Below the pieces are notes generated by a model. That model saw only the letters and a program-made list of their open reading frames with translations, was not told the origin of the DNA and searched no databases. Both the position numbers and the translations under genes were made by a program. A stretch of DNA of 64,000 nt, taken from the human T2T-CHM13v2.0 reference genome, Homo sapiens. The stretch lies in the NCBI RefSeq assembly GCF_009914755.1, contig NC_060929.1; one strand, 5' to 3'. Shown here piece by piece: positions 38,130-52,289 of the stretch. Every line of letters starts with the position of its first letter. The first letter of the stretch is position 1.

Positions 38130-39854
38130 TACTTTTAGAATAATTTTCGTGCAGATTTCTAAATTTTTATGATTCCTCACTCCTGCCCCCACACCAGTCT
38201 TTTAAAATTGTCTTACATCCACCTTACTTGACGCAACTGTAAGTCAAGGAAGGCTATAGGGCATCTTTCCATTTAGATTTTATAGAACAATTTTTTACAC
38301 TCATTTCATCATTTTACTTAATATTTAATCAAATTAAGTAAGTACAGTAATAAGCAACAAATGGCATAAACATGTTTGGGAAGCAAAAGCACCAGGAACT
38401 GTTGGTAGCTCAACTGGTGGGAGCAGAATCGTGTGAAGTGCAGAAGTGACCATGGTTCCAGTGTTCAGCGCACCCTGGGCATCAATCCATTGTTTTCCAG
38501 GGAGACTGGAGAACTGGATCAGTTGAGATCGATATTGAGTAGTGTCTGTTACACGATTCTGTTAAAGAAAGGACATAAGACACCACATTCATTCCCATGT
38601 CTCCTGTTGTTTATCACATATATTTCCTCTTACATAAGCATACTTCTTTGTGACTTATTTTCCTATAGTCCGTGATTCTTTGTCATGGCTTCAGTTTCCA
38701 TTTATTCTTTTTTTCTGTACTCTCTCACTTTAAATGTGTGATGTTAAATATAAATGGGAACCATGTATACGTGTATTGTGTACATGTGTATTGTGTATTT
38801 TGAACATGTTAAGCCCACACAAACAGCTTTTATTGGTGGTTAGAACTTACTTTAAAAAATTATTCCTGCAGCTATCATAGCTATTATTTGTCTCTTTAAA
38901 ATAATATCTTGACTTTGGAAAATACTTCTATTCCTATTTAACTTTATAAGGTAAGAGGTTCAAGGGAACCCAGCTGAGCTTTGAATGAGCCATCTCTGTC
39001 TGCTTCAATATTTGTATTTTATGCCAGACATGCCTATTATAAACAATTCACACTAGTACAGCAAGTTCTTAATCATAATGAACTCCACTTTGGTATTCCT
39101 CGTTGTAATTAGAATTAACATTCCCGCCTGGACTGGGAAATGCTAAATTATTACTAGCTTTCCTGCTGTTTTGCTGTCTTTCATGATGCTTTCAATGATT
39201 TCATCATAAGCAACCTAAAATATCACAATTTGTGCTCATATGCGTGAAATGCCCAATGGGTGTCCTGGTTGACTTTATTCTTTATGCTGGCAGAACTTAG
39301 TTTAAGCAATACCTGATTCAAGGATGAGGCAGCTATCAGCAGATAAATGAGATAAATGTTGCCATAAGCAGGAACTCAATGTTTTTAATGTTTGGAGGCA
39401 TTAGAGCAAGCACACTGAATAATTGCAACAAGTATTACGTACTTTGTTTTTTCATTTGTGGCATTTGTGGCTCCTCATATGTCATTAGCTTTCTTCCTTT
39501 CTTGATTTAATCTCCTTTTCTCTCCCATGTTCCTTTGGTAAAGAGTGTTTCAATCTGCCCCGCTGCTATGTGGAATCTTTCAGCTCATTTGAGAACCTGC
39601 ATTTCCATTTTGGTTCTTATATCTTCTTATTAGAGCACACAGGGTTTTGTTTTGTTTTTAAGCTAACTTAGAAATAGTGGGGTTGAGATGAAAACATTCT
39701 TGGTATAGGGATCCCTTAACAAGATAAGAAGATACTTCATATCAAACTCCAAAGTGCTACAAAGGACATTTGTCACCATTGAAAAAAAAATTGTTTTGAG
39801 ATCAGTATTTGTCAATTAAATTTTCTCTATCCTCTTGTTGAATTTTCAATACAA

Positions 39855-40040
39855 GACCTGGTTTTTAGACCCTATTCTGCCATTTACTTACTTGAATGAG
39901 CCTGGGGTAGGCATTTGATTTTTCTCAGCCTTGTTTTTCAATCTGTAAAGGAAGGATAATGATATCTACCCCACCTATCACACAGGAAGTAATGTAGGCC
40001 TTACATGGGATCATGTGTTCAAACGTTTTTAAACACTAAG
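39855..40040 (+). mobile_element. MIR
   Basis: cagccttgtttttcaatctgtaaaggaaggataatgat. Confidence 0.6.
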
Positions 40041-40191
40041 CTTTATTTGGAAAACTTAGAGGAGCTTATGGAATTTTTGCACTATCACTTCACCACAACA
40101 AAAATGAAAATTATCATTGTCTCTTTTCACTTATTTCCCAGGGAATCAGTGCAATGGGCAGTCTGGAATTTTAGGCAGGGGAGTGATAATT

Positions 40192-41109
40192 CAGTAGTGC
40201 ACCGGAAACAATTGTACCAGCTTGCAAGCACTGACTGTTAAATTTTCAGAGATTTTGTAAGTTGGTTGTTAATCACAGTCATTATTAAAAACCAAATTAT
40301 TTATAAACTCACAATCAAATATTTTAACAACAAAAATAAATGCTGAAGACTTTACTGCCTAATTATTTTACTCCATTTTACTATTATCTATGTTCTTAAA
40401 GTTATTTCTGTCTGTTCTGTATAAGAACATACCATACGATGGTATGATGCAGCGTATCCCTTCCTAACGCTGCATTCAGAAATGTTATTTTGGTAGTTTG
40501 AAATCAACCATGGTGGAGTACCTATACTATAGAAATTGGGAAACATGACAAACCAGAGCTTGATTTGTTTTGTTGATTGTCTAGACTGACAGAGTAGAAG
40601 AAATTTTAATAATGAAGATTGAACTTAAAAGTGCCTTAGTTTGTGAACACAAAAACTTGAGGAAATATTTTTCTAGTACTTGAAAGCTATTATCAGCAAA
40701 AGAAGTCACTTCTGTCATTAATGAACGAGTTTAGTTCCAACATCCATTTTTGTTGCTTCACTTTTATCTCGCTCATTAATGTAAAAATATCAACCAACAT
40801 TCATGTTGGGACTTCAGTACCATGAATGACTTCTTTGCTGATTGGATATTAATCAGATATTTATTTGTGGTCTGATTTTGCCAAACGTGTTTGAATTTTA
40901 GCTGTAGGTTGGCTATGGACACAAATATTCTGCAAAAATCACTGAAATGGTTCTGTGAAAATCACATGGCCATATAGAATTTACTATTAAGAGTGTTATA
41001 TTTTTTCTTGCTTTTTGTAAATTATGTGATACATATATGTAAAAATTATAAAACACATAGATACTCTGTTCCCCTCAGGAGCTGTTAAACATTTACTAAC
41101 ACACTAATG
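40192..41109 (+). mobile_element. MER63C-like hAT-Blackjack DNA transposon
   Basis: tgttaaattttcagagattttg...gttggttgttaa...cctaattattttact motifs; ~915 bp; terminal tgttaaacatttac. Confidence 0.75.
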
Positions 41110-42299
41110 GACATAATCTAATTTACTATTTGAAAAGCTCGTTCTGCTTGCGATGTGGAGTATGAGTTGTAGGGGCTAAGGGAGAAAGCAGGGAGAGCAG
41201 TGAGGAGACAGGCACATTGGCCCAAGGAAAGATGACGAAGTTTGTATTGGTTGCAATGGCAGGGGAGCTGGGGAGCTATGGTTGGACAGGAGAGGTATTT
41301 TGAAGGCCAAAGGTAAGCAAAGCAGTCATCCAGCAGCTCTATGAAAGAGATGGACTTCCAGGAACTTTTTATGCTAAGAGAAGACCTTCTGGTGAAGAGT
41401 AAGCAGGCTTAGTTGAATGGGGTGAGTGCACAGAAAGCTGTGCCAGAGAAAAGGAGTCAGGGAGGGTTGTAGTAGGAAGTAGGAGATGTTGGCAGTTCTA
41501 GGATTTCAAGGTAAATATCTTTATATCAGATGGAGAAAGTTAGGCTGGATTGTTAGTCAAATGTCGAATTGCCTCAAAGTGCAGGGGGGGAGGGGGGAGG
41601 GGAAGCCCCAAATACCAGTAACATGTTGCAACTGGAACTCACATACTAAGCTACTCATCTAGTAATTTCATTGATTTTTGCCCACATGGAGGGGTTATTT
41701 GTTCATCTCCATGCCTTGAGCCTATCCCAATTTATAGTAGATTTTTTTTTCTCACATTTGGCAATTTTAATTATAAAACTCTCACACTGAATCACCCTGT
41801 GTTACACATATATTGCTGTCCCCTTTCATGCTTCTCACTTCTTCATTCCTATTTTTCTTTGCTATGCCATAAAGAAGGACCCTACCAAAAGCCACCCTAT
41901 TGTCTTGCCTATTAGTTATCAGAAAACTTCTGGCAACCACAGTTTTCCCCACTTTCCCTGCTTCCTCCATTATAACCTACAATCTATATTCCACATTACA
42001 GGTTTTTTTGTTTGGGTTTTAACATTTTTCAAGAGAAGTTATTACATTTTATGGAGTTTAAAAAATAGTAAATGTTTTGCAAAAGAAAGAATCATGTCTC
42101 CACATTCACCCACCCTTTCAACCCTAATGACCAGAAGAAGGAAAGATTCTCAGCTATACAGCTACCAATGACTAACACTTTGAGGATTCAGTTTGGATAT
42201 GTTGTTTACTTTGGTCTTCTGATGATTAGCTATTTTAGGCATGGTTTCAATCAATCAGGGAATGTTTATTAATAGAAGAGACTTTCTTAATTAATATTC

Positions 42300-42640
42300 T
42301 CTCCATTCATTCCTTCAACAAAAGAGAATTCCTTCAACAAAATACAATTCCTTCAACAAAATAGCAACTATTATATGTTAGGCCCCAGTATAAGGCTGCA
42401 GGGGTATCAAAATGATAACAATCTCTTCTCTGGAGGAAATGGAGACAGATACGGTTACAAGTCATTATAGAACAATGCAGACTTACAGAAATGTGTTAGA
42501 TGCATAGGGCACTTCATAAGCTTCAAGAAGTCATCTGGTGTTTAAGGTTAGGAAAATGGGTGTGGATATGGAGATGGTGGTCACGGAGGGTTTCCTAGAG
42601 GTTAGCAGGACTGACTTGAATTATGAAGGGTTTTCTTCAA
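42300..42640 (-). mobile_element. L2 3' fragment with a triplicated 19-bp unit (ATTCCTTCAACAAAA at 42309, 42328, 42347)
   Basis: ttcattc.ttcaacaaa tail followed by L2-like body. Confidence 0.6.
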
Positions 42641-42704
42641 GTTATTTGTTTTTTTTTTCTCTTGAAGATAATACTTCTAATGGAAGCTTGTAGACAACAT
42701 TCAT

Positions 42705-43260
42705 TAGGTCATTTTTTGGTGCATTTATAAGAAACCCCACTGTCAAAAACAGAGTTTTTTGATTCACTGAAAAGTCCAGGGGAAGTTTAATTTCAGGAGG
42801 CATGACTGGATTCAGGGGCTCAAATGAAGTCCAAAGGGCTTAAATTTTATCCCTTAGCTTCATTTTCCTGTTTTGTTTTGTTTTGTTTTCTGGAAAGATT
42901 ATCTCCACCTCTCCACCTGGTGGCCTGTGGCACCTGGATTTAACACATCCTGCCAGGTTAGTAACTTCAGTGGAAAGAGTTCTTTTCCCATAATTTTAGT
43001 AGTTGTTCCTGGGAGGGGTTTCACTGGTCTAGTTGGTTCAAATGCTTATCCCTGGACCAATAACTATGACCAAGGGATGTCAGGAATGTGTACTATGATG
43101 GGCAAAGCCTAGCTCAAGTGCCCACCACTGACACCTAAGAATGGGGTACAAATGAAAGAGAGAGAAGAGGAGGTGCTTCTCCAAATAATTGGAGATTTTA
43201 AATTTAAATAGGAGAAAAGGGATTTCTGGGCATGCAGAAAAAACCCAGATGTCCATGACA
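42705..43260 (-). mobile_element. Old MLT1 (J/K-like) LTR
   Basis: actgaaaagtccagg...ttcagg..catgactggattcaggggctcaaatg. Confidence 0.6.
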
Positions 43261-44624
43261 ATAGCTTTTTATCAAAATATTAACAGTGACATAAACATCA
43301 TATTTTACATTTTAAGAGAATAGACATGACTTAAAATGTTTGTCAGCAATGGAAAGAACCCTGAAAATTAAGTATAGTTGTTACAAGTTTTATTGGTTTC
43401 ACTTCCTGCCTTTAATAGAATGTGGGTTTGTACTTTGAAATTTCAAATGTTACACAAATGAATTGATGATTGCTTTGCAGAAATAGTATCTCCACTTAAT
43501 TGGGCCTTTTTTGGGTGATGAAGTGATGTTTACAACTTTTAAGCTAGTTTTATCGTCTTCCACTGAAGGAGTTTGTCTCACTTGAATATGATTCCAACAA
43601 TATGATGGGTATAGGCGGCTGCAGTGAGCCTCTGTCTGCTTATTTTGCTCCTTCTGTCTTGACAAGCTGAATGTCACGCAAATGTCTCAAGCCTCTGCAC
43701 TGGGCAGGCAGGAAGCCAGAACCAGTAATAGAAGCAGTAGGCACTCTGTGAATACTTGCTGATTAATTTTAGCTCCATAGGCCTGATGGGTTTTCCATCC
43801 CTATAATTACCATCAGCAAATAGTTATTGAATGATGTCCAGCATATTTTTATTTCCCTTTTCTTGATCCTGATTTTCATTTTCTATTTTACCTCTCTGTG
43901 ATTTTATCACGTGTGTTTCTGTTCATCAGACTAACAGAGCCTCCTGTGGTTAGTTTATAATCACTCAGTTTTATTTCTACCTATGAGATATCTTTATCTG
44001 TCTGTCTAAATTTGTCTTTGTTATGACCCAGTTCAAGTTCTTTCTGGAATTAGGGAAAGGATGAAGTGTGAAAAAAAAGGAATTAAATAGTTCGGTTATT
44101 GAATGGCTATTTTGTGCTTGATGCTATATTAGTACATTTCCACATTTGCTTTACAAGTTAGTCTTTCTTATTAGAAGTAATGCTTAACAAGCCTACAAGT
44201 ACTGACTGGGCTCACTTTATAGAGAAAATGGAGAGCAGTGAAGGGTGAGGAGGTTATGAGTTATGGATATGACAAATGGGGAAAGATCTTACAGAAGAGA
44301 GATTGGGGCCATCCAAGAAAAATCGTTATCTTTGTGTAGACGGCATTAGAAGGATGAAAAATAACTTTAGATATTACTTATGCCTTTAAGAAAAAAACTT
44401 TAAAAGATGCTAGAAAATAACACATACTTATTGTAAAAATCCAAACATACAGAAGGTAGAAATGTATAAAGGTAAAAACTTCCTCACACAATCCCATTTT
44501 GCAGATGTAACTATTTTTTTCTTTTTATATTTTGATGGCAACAAATTTGTAATTATTTTTGAGTTTTTATGTATATTCCAGATCCCCCACCCCATTATTC
44601 CCCTCTTTAAAAACTTTTATTATG

Positions 44625-44800
44625 TGAAATAGAAAGTAGAATTGTGACTATCAGAGGCTGGGGAGGGCAGGGGGAAGGGGAGGATGGGGAGAGATTAGTT
44701 AACGATTACAAAATTACAGCTAGATAAGAGGAATGAGTTCTGATGTTCTGCAGTACCATAAGGTAAATGTGATTAACTATAATTTATTGTATATTTTCAA
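44625..44800 (+). mobile_element. L1MA 3' UTR fragment within an opposite-strand old L1 (~44400-45130)
   Basis: agtagaattgtgactatcagaggctggg...tacaaaattacagctagataagaggaat. Confidence 0.75.
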
Positions 44801-46729
44801 ATCCTTTTTGTCTATACATGGATGCATGCATGCATATATGTTTTTTAAAAACAAAAATGAGATTTTACTACATGTATTTTTCAACCTTTATTCATCAAAT
44901 GTTATTGGACATCTTTTCATCTTTTCAATATTTTCAGGTAATAGTAGCATAGTATACCATTGTTTTAACCTTTCCTTATTGAAGTATATGTAAATTGTTT
45001 TCAATTTTTCACTATTGCAAGCCATGCTGCAATGAATATTTTTGTATCTAGATCTTTCTGCTATTGTACAATTATTATAGAATTGAAATTTCTCAGGCAA
45101 ATGTGATTTGCAACAATTATCAAGCACCCAAAAGTGCTACATTATTGGGCTCATTTTAAAAATGCTTGTCCACTACAGCTCATTTTCTACTTTCATCTTC
45201 CTTTAGACATTCTAGAAAAAATCAATTAGAGCAGTAGTCATGGATGGCTATGCAGGACAGGCTACTAGCTGGAGACCCCTCATGTTTTGCTATTGATACA
45301 GTTTTGCTGAATCCATCCTTATGTTAAATGCATTAACAATTTAAGAGGATTGGTTTACATATGAACTGGGAAGGGATTATTCAGGGATACCATAATGCTT
45401 GATGGCTGCCTCCATCCTACCAGGGACCCTGATCTGCCCTGTTGTGGCCACATGGTAGATAGGTACTGTTTTACTTGCCAAGTATCCCCTCTCCACATAT
45501 GATACTAGGACCTAACATTTCCTTTGGAAAACTATCCTTTCCCTAACTTTGGTCCATGCGCTTATGGTGGTATTAACCCATCTGTAACTCTGCATGGGCC
45601 AGGTCTGGTAATATCAGAGATAGGCACATGACAGGGACAGATACACCTTAATTCTTGGCTTTCTGGGACTACTTGGAAACTTGCCTTGTTTCTCAACAGG
45701 AATAGCTAAGCTGATACGATGCAAGCTTGGAGCAGCTGTGGTCTACCACTTAGAGACTCCATTGGATTGAGGTTTGCAAAAAAAAAAAGCAAAGAGATCT
45801 GGAAATAGATTCCCAATTATATAATTTGAATGTCTAGATCCTAAGGTGAGGGCTGCTCCTAGACTTGACTATTACACACTTCAATACATTATTCCCCCTC
45901 CTTCTCTTCCTCCTCCTTCCTCTTCAGCCAGCTGGAGTTAGCTAACACTTGCATCAGAAAGGGTCCTGACATCAGAAGTAAAGGTCTAAAACATGGGGGT
46001 GTTGCTCCTTCTGGAAGAGACAGGGAGGTTAAGGTTACCAGACATGGAGGATGACCCCAAAAGAAAAGGGGAGCCCAAAAGAGAAGCCAGTTGAATGTCT
46101 AAAAATAAACTTTACCTGCTTCACAAGTTTGGCTCGAGTTTCCTTTTAATGATTAACTAGATGAGATGGTCAAACTCCTTCTTTATTTAAAATACACAAA
46201 CATAAATAAGAATATCAGTCTTCAGTTAATTCACCTATTCTGGTTACATCTGCCTCAGGTTTCTATTTTTTTTATTAATACATAGATTGCTTTTCTATTT
46301 TAGGCTGTGTTTAAAAAGAGAGAGAGAGAGAAACCTGGTAATCCTCTAAGAAATGTCTTACGTAGTTTTTCTTTAGGGCCTAAATTATTACTCTACTTTC
46401 CATATTGATCCAGCCTTTTGTTTTATTGTTTTGTTTATAGTAGATTTGGTAATATATTAACAGTACCTATAAATATGATCTAGTGGAATTATGTATTAAA
46501 ATATTTTAATATCTTCTTAGCATTTGCGATCTTGAAACTGAAACTTGATAGCTGAAGAAAAAGTTCCATTAAGATGAAAAATCAATCCCTTAGTGGAATT
46601 AAATCCACAATGCTTATATAAAACATTGCTTCTGTCTTATTTACATAAACTTTATACTTCTCTCTCTCATCAGTGGCAGGGGAATATGGAGTGGGATATC
46701 ATTAGTTGGATTCAATAGACATTTATTTA

Positions 46730-46955
46730 CTTATTAGGAGCTTGAAATAGACTTGAGACTCTACCTCCTGGTAGACACATGTCTTTAGCAAGTTACTTAA
46801 CTTTTCTGAATGTTAGTTTCCTTATCTGAAAAGTAAGGTTAATAATATTATCTGCCTCAGGAGGTTCTTATACAGATTAAAAAAGATATTCTCTGTAAAG
46901 CATTTAGCATGGTCTCTGACATTTAATTAATGCATGGTAAAGTAACTTATTATTA
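46730..46955 (+). mobile_element. MIR
   Basis: gcaagttacttaacttttctgaatgttagtttccttatctg core. Confidence 0.7.
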
Positions 46956-48099
46956 CGCTTTCAGAAAGTGAGATAGCCCTGTAGGCACACCCCAAGCAGA
47001 AAGTACACGCCCATACACAATACACTAACTTCCTTCAAACGAAGCCCCTTTTCTCCTTACATCATGGATTGTGAAGGGAGCACCTGTCCAATAAAAGAAA
47101 GATTCTGTAAAAGAAATCCAGGCACTGGCTGGAAATTTTCACTATATGATTTATCAGGCCTCTCCCAGCTTTGAGGTCCTATAATTCTATAAACCACACA
47201 AGTTTACATATCACTGTGGGATTTGATCCTTATGAAACCCAAGAGAACCATAGGTTTTCCACATCCAGCTGAGCATGCTCAAATAAAGACAGACATTTAA
47301 AAGCATAGACATTGATCACGTGCTCTTTAACCAGCAAAATACTACAGCCAAAAGAAACAGAAGCACAGAGAAATAAAATGATTTGTTTGAAGTCTCATTG
47401 ATTTGCCAAGAAACCAGACTGAATGTGCAAGCTTTCCTAATTCCTAGTTGGGTTCTCCACACACTAAACATAGTGATATATAATCTTCAGTTGTCAATAT
47501 TTACCTTTTATGAGTTTATTGCTTGTCATGTGTTAACTCATAAAGCCATTTATTTACTTATATCAGTGCCATCAAAAACCCTTTAATTTCACAATCACAG
47601 TTTGTGTAACGTAGCAGACAAAGCACTGGGCTGGGACAAGGGACTGGGTTTTGGTTTTGGCTTTGTCCCCCTTTCTTCCTGCCCTCAACTGCATGATTTG
47701 GGCAAGTTACTTTTCCCCTTTTGGACTGTTTGCCTTTTTCTGCTTAAGTATCTGGACTTTCCCTTCCCTTCTTTCTCAACCCACACAGAAGTAATTATGT
47801 TTCTTTCATTATCTCTAACTGCAAAGTTTTTACTAGACAGCCCATATTTACTGGTCATCTGCTGAATGCCTCTGTGCAGTGAGCTGGAGATAGAGGTAAA
47901 TAAGGTATGGCCCCTGCCCTCAGGGCTTTCCCAGTTAAGAGGGCACAGGGTGTGAAGGGGCACAGGTCAGAAGGTGAAGGCAGGGGTCAGGGAAGGCTCC
48001 TGGAGGAGGCAGAATGAGACTTAAAGGGTAAACAGTTGGTGCTGGGTGGCAGGCAGGTAGACATAAGCTCCAGTGATGACACAGATTATGCTGAAAGGA

Positions 48100-48300
48100 A
48101 GAATAGTGTTAACAGAACTGGCTTGGACGAGGGCAGAACTAGAAAGAATCCAGACTCTGACACTCCAAGTTGTGTGACCTTGACCTAGTTACCTCTGTTT
48201 CCTCATCTACTAAGTAGGCATAATGATCGGGTTTCCTCTTAAGGCTGTTGTCACAATTCAATGAGATTACATTTGCTAATTTTAGTGCAGTATTTGGCAT
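48100..48300 (+). mobile_element. MIR
   Basis: tgtgtgaccttg...ctctgtttcctcatct. Confidence 0.65.
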
Positions 48301-48305
48301 TACTA

Positions 48306-48541
48306 TAGGTCAAATATCCCTAATCCCAAATTCTGAAATCGGAAATGCTCCAAAATCCAAAGCTTTTTGAGTGCTATCATGATGCTCAAAGGAAATGCTC
48401 ATTGGAACATTTCAGATTTTGGATTTTTGGATTAGGGATGCTCTACCTGTATGTATTCTGCAAATATTTCAAAATCTGAAAATATCTGAAATCCAAAACC
48501 CTTCCTGTCGGAAGCATTTTGGATAAGGGATATTCAATCTA
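48306..48541 (-). mobile_element. Tigger4a/MER46A DNA transposon
   Basis: TIRs aggtcaaatatccctaatcc ... ggataagggatattcaatct; ~236 bp. Confidence 0.85.
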
Positions 48542-48743
48542 TATTACTACCAATTTATTTTCACCAACAACATGCTGTTATACCTGTTCTCTTGTCCCCT
48601 CTTTCTCTTCCAAGGACACGGGCATATTCATACCCTGCTATCAAATATATTTTGTTTATAAATATTTTCAGTAACACACTGAAATACTTATTTGAAGCAC
48701 TATGATAAAAGAAATGTGGCATTCCATGCAATACTTTGGGGAG

Positions 48744-49819
48744 TATCGGGGAACCTGCCCCGATAGTCACATAGGTTCTTTTCTATTTTCCCTAAGCGTC
48801 AGCCAGTTTGAGAAATAAAGGGACAGAGTTCAAAAGAGAGAAATTTTAAAGCTGGGCGTCTGGGGGAGACATCACATGTTGGTAGGTTCCGTGATGCCCC
48901 ACAAGCCGCAAAACCAGCAAGTTTTTATTAGGGACTTTCAAAAGGGGAGGGAATGTACGAATAGGTGTGGGTCACAGAGATCACGCGCTTCACAAGGTAA
49001 TAGAATATCACAAGGCAAATGGAGGCAGGGCGAAATCACAGGACCACAGGACGGGGGCGAAATTAAAATTGCTAACAAAGTTTTGGGCACCATTGTCTTT
49101 GATAACATCTTATCAGGAGACAGGGTTTGAGAGCAACTGGTCTGACCAAAATATATTAGGCAGGAATTTCCTCTTCCTAATAAGCCTGGGAGCGCTATGG
49201 GAGACTGGGGTTTATTTCATCCCTACAGTTTCAACCATAGAAGACAGCCACACCCAAGGGGGCCATTTCAGAGACCCACCCTCAGGGGCATATTCTCTTT
49301 CTCAGGGATGTTCCTTGCTGAGAAAAAGAATTCAGCAATATTTCTCCCATTTGCTTTTGAAAGAAGAGAAATATGGCTCTGTTCCCCCTGGCTCACCGGC
49401 GGTCAGAGTTTAAGGTTATCTCTCTTATTACCTGAACAATTGCTGTTATCCTGTTCTTTTTTCAAGGTGCCCAGATTTCATATTGTTCAAACACACATGC
49501 TCTACAATTTGTGCAGTTAACACAATTATCACAGGGTCCTGAGGCAACATACATCCTCCTCAGCTTAGGAGATGACAGGATTAAGAGATTAAAGTAAAGA
49601 CAGGTATAGGAAATCACAAGGGTATTGATTGGGGAAGTGATAAGTGTCCATGAAATCTTCACAATTTGTGTTTAGAGATTGCAGTGAAGACAGGCATAGG
49701 AAATTATAGAAGTATTAATTTGGGGAACTAATAAATGTCCATGAAATCTTCACAATCCACGTTCTTCTGCCATGGCTTCAGCTGGTCCCTCCGTTTGGGG
49801 TCCCTGACTTCCCGCAACA
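48744..49819 (-). mobile_element. MER11 (MER11C-like) solo LTR of HERVK11/HML-8
   Basis: Minus strand begins TGTTGCGGGAAGTCAGGGACCCC; 1076 bp; perfect 6-bp TSD ggggag (48738-48743, 49820-49825). Confidence 0.92.
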
Positions 49820-49865
49820 GGGGAGATCATAGACATGCTATTAATTATAATGGTTTTCCCTAGAC

Positions 49866-50081
49866 CACTAGTTTTCAACTGGGTGATTTTGGCCCTAGGG
49901 GATATTTGGAAATTCCTGGAGACATTTTTGGTTGTCACAGATGGAAAGGGAGAATCTTATTGGCATCTAGTGGGTAGAAGCCAGGGATCCTGCTAAACAT
50001 CCTGCAATGCATAGCACAGCCCCCCACAACAAAGAATTACCCGGCCCAAAATGTCAATAGTGCCGAGGCTGAGAAACCCTG
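49866..50081 (+). mobile_element. MER20 hAT-Charlie element
   Basis: ggagacatttttggttgtcac...ggcatctagtgggtaga.gccagggat..tgctaaacatcct...aaaatgtcaatagtgccgagg.tgagaaaccctg; 8-bp TSD ccctagac/ccctagat. Confidence 0.92.
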
Positions 50082-50860
50082 CCCTAGATGTAACCCAGTC
50101 ACTGCTTCTTTTCAACAATCATTGGGAAACACGGTAAAACCATGTTTCTTAAGATCCTAAATTCAGCTGCAAAAGTGTATCCTTTGGATATTTTACACAT
50201 TTTAACATCTCCTTTGAAAACAAAGTCCTTCAGAGAACCTGGTGGAATCATTCCAACTTTTTTTGCTACAAAGATAATGGAAATTATTTTATTTTATCAT
50301 TTTTCTCCTATATGTATAATTCAGGACAAATTCTTCTTTTTTTATGTGGTAATTTTAATGAAATTCACCAAAAAAGATACTTGATTAACCCTAGTTTGGG
50401 AGTCTTTTCCAGAGCAGAGAAAATTCTGGAAACTTGCAACAGTGTGGGCTTTTCTCCACCATCACGGGGGATACAAATGGCTAGCTACCAATGATGGCTC
50501 CTGTAGCCTCTGGAGGAGAGTGCTAAGTGTCACCTTTGAGTTCCCATAGTCTTCCTAACACTCCTGCCAAAGTGGGGCCAACAACAGGGGGCTCAGAAGG
50601 GCTTGCATGTTTTTACTATCCTTCATCCCTTATTTTCTTTCTTCTAGAAGCAACATAGTGATTAAGAGTGTGGGCTCCGGGTTTGAATCTGGTTCTGCTG
50701 CTTGTTAGCTACAGTGACCTTGATAAACTCCTTAACCTCTGTGTGCTTCAGAGTCCTTCCCTGTAAAATGGGGGGAAACAATAGTACCTACCTCACAGGA
50801 TTGTTATGAGGACTAAGTGAGTTCTCATGGGTAGAGCACTTAAAACATAGCCTGGCACAT

Positions 50861-51120
<260 letters not shown>

Positions 51121-51754
51121 GACATAGCCTGGCACATAATAAGCAGCAAATAAATGTGAGTTGTTTCTCTTACTTTTTATTCTTACTTGCTTTTGTGGAC
51201 ACACTGAAGTAGGCTTTAGGTATGATATGGACGTGGTGGAAGTTACATGTCATTGCAGAGTATGGAACACAGTCACAGCCAGGGCCAGCTGGGGCCAAGG
51301 TAGGGAGTGGCTGAAGTGGTGTTCACTGCTTCATCAGGTCTGCCTCTTTTTTAGCCTAGCAATATCTTGTGTTTTCCCTTCTCCATGATCTTTACTAATA
51401 CCCAGTTTTCTCTTACTTTCCCTGGCTTTTCCTCCCAAGTATGACATCTCACCAAGCTCTCCCCATCTTTACCTTCCATAGAGTTTTATTTGGCTATTTC
51501 TTGAAGCATTGATTTTCATCTGAGTTGCCCATCAGATCATTTGGGAATTTGTTTAAAGTATAGATATCTGGGCTCTGCCTCCCAACGATCATCCCAAGTA
51601 TCTTGATTTTAGTGTTTATTTGAGAGACAGTATGGCATAGTATTTAAGAACATGACCAAAGAGCCAGGCTGCCTAGGCTACGGGTTCGTTGTATGACCTT
51701 GAGAAAATTATTTAACTCTCTGTTTCTCACTGTTCTTATCTGTAAAATGGGGGT

Positions 51755-52125
51755 GCTATGTTCTGAATGTCTGTGTCCTTTCCAAATTCCTGTTGAAATC
51801 CTAACCCCATGGTGATGGCATTAGGAGGTGGAACCTTTGGGAGGTGATTTGGTCATGAGGGCAGAGCCCTCATGAATGGGATTAGTGCCCATATAAAAGA
51901 GGCCTCAGGGAGCTTCTTTACCCCTTCCCACCATGTGAGGACAAAGCAAGAAGAGAAGATGGCTGTCCATTTGTAAACCAGGAAGCAGGTCCTCACCAGA
52001 TAACAGTTCTGTCAGTGCCTTGATCATGGACTTCCCAGTCACTAGAACTAAGAGAAATAAATTTCTATTGTTTATAACCCACGCAGTCTATGGGATTCTG
52101 TTATAGCATCCTGAACAAACTGAAA
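51755..52125 (+). mobile_element. MLT1A-type LTR inserted in a MIR
   Basis: tgctatg.tctgaatgt...gttgaaatcctaacccc...catgaatgggattagtgcc...aataaatttct. Confidence 0.88.
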
Positions 52126-52289
52126 GTAAGAGTGCTTATCTCATAAGGTTGTAAGAATAAATGAGATGCCCCTTAAAACAGTGCCTGGAATGACTTTTGT
52201 CTTTCTTGTTCATTTTCCCTTCTCTCTTACTTTCTCACCTGGCCTTTCTTTCTTCATTACTTTCTTCTCTCCCTCCAACACATATATAT

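Noticed and set aside
42309-42361. Three 15-bp direct repeats with short spacers, superficially CRISPR-like
   Set aside because: 4-nt spacers, eukaryotic context; simple slippage at an L2 tail
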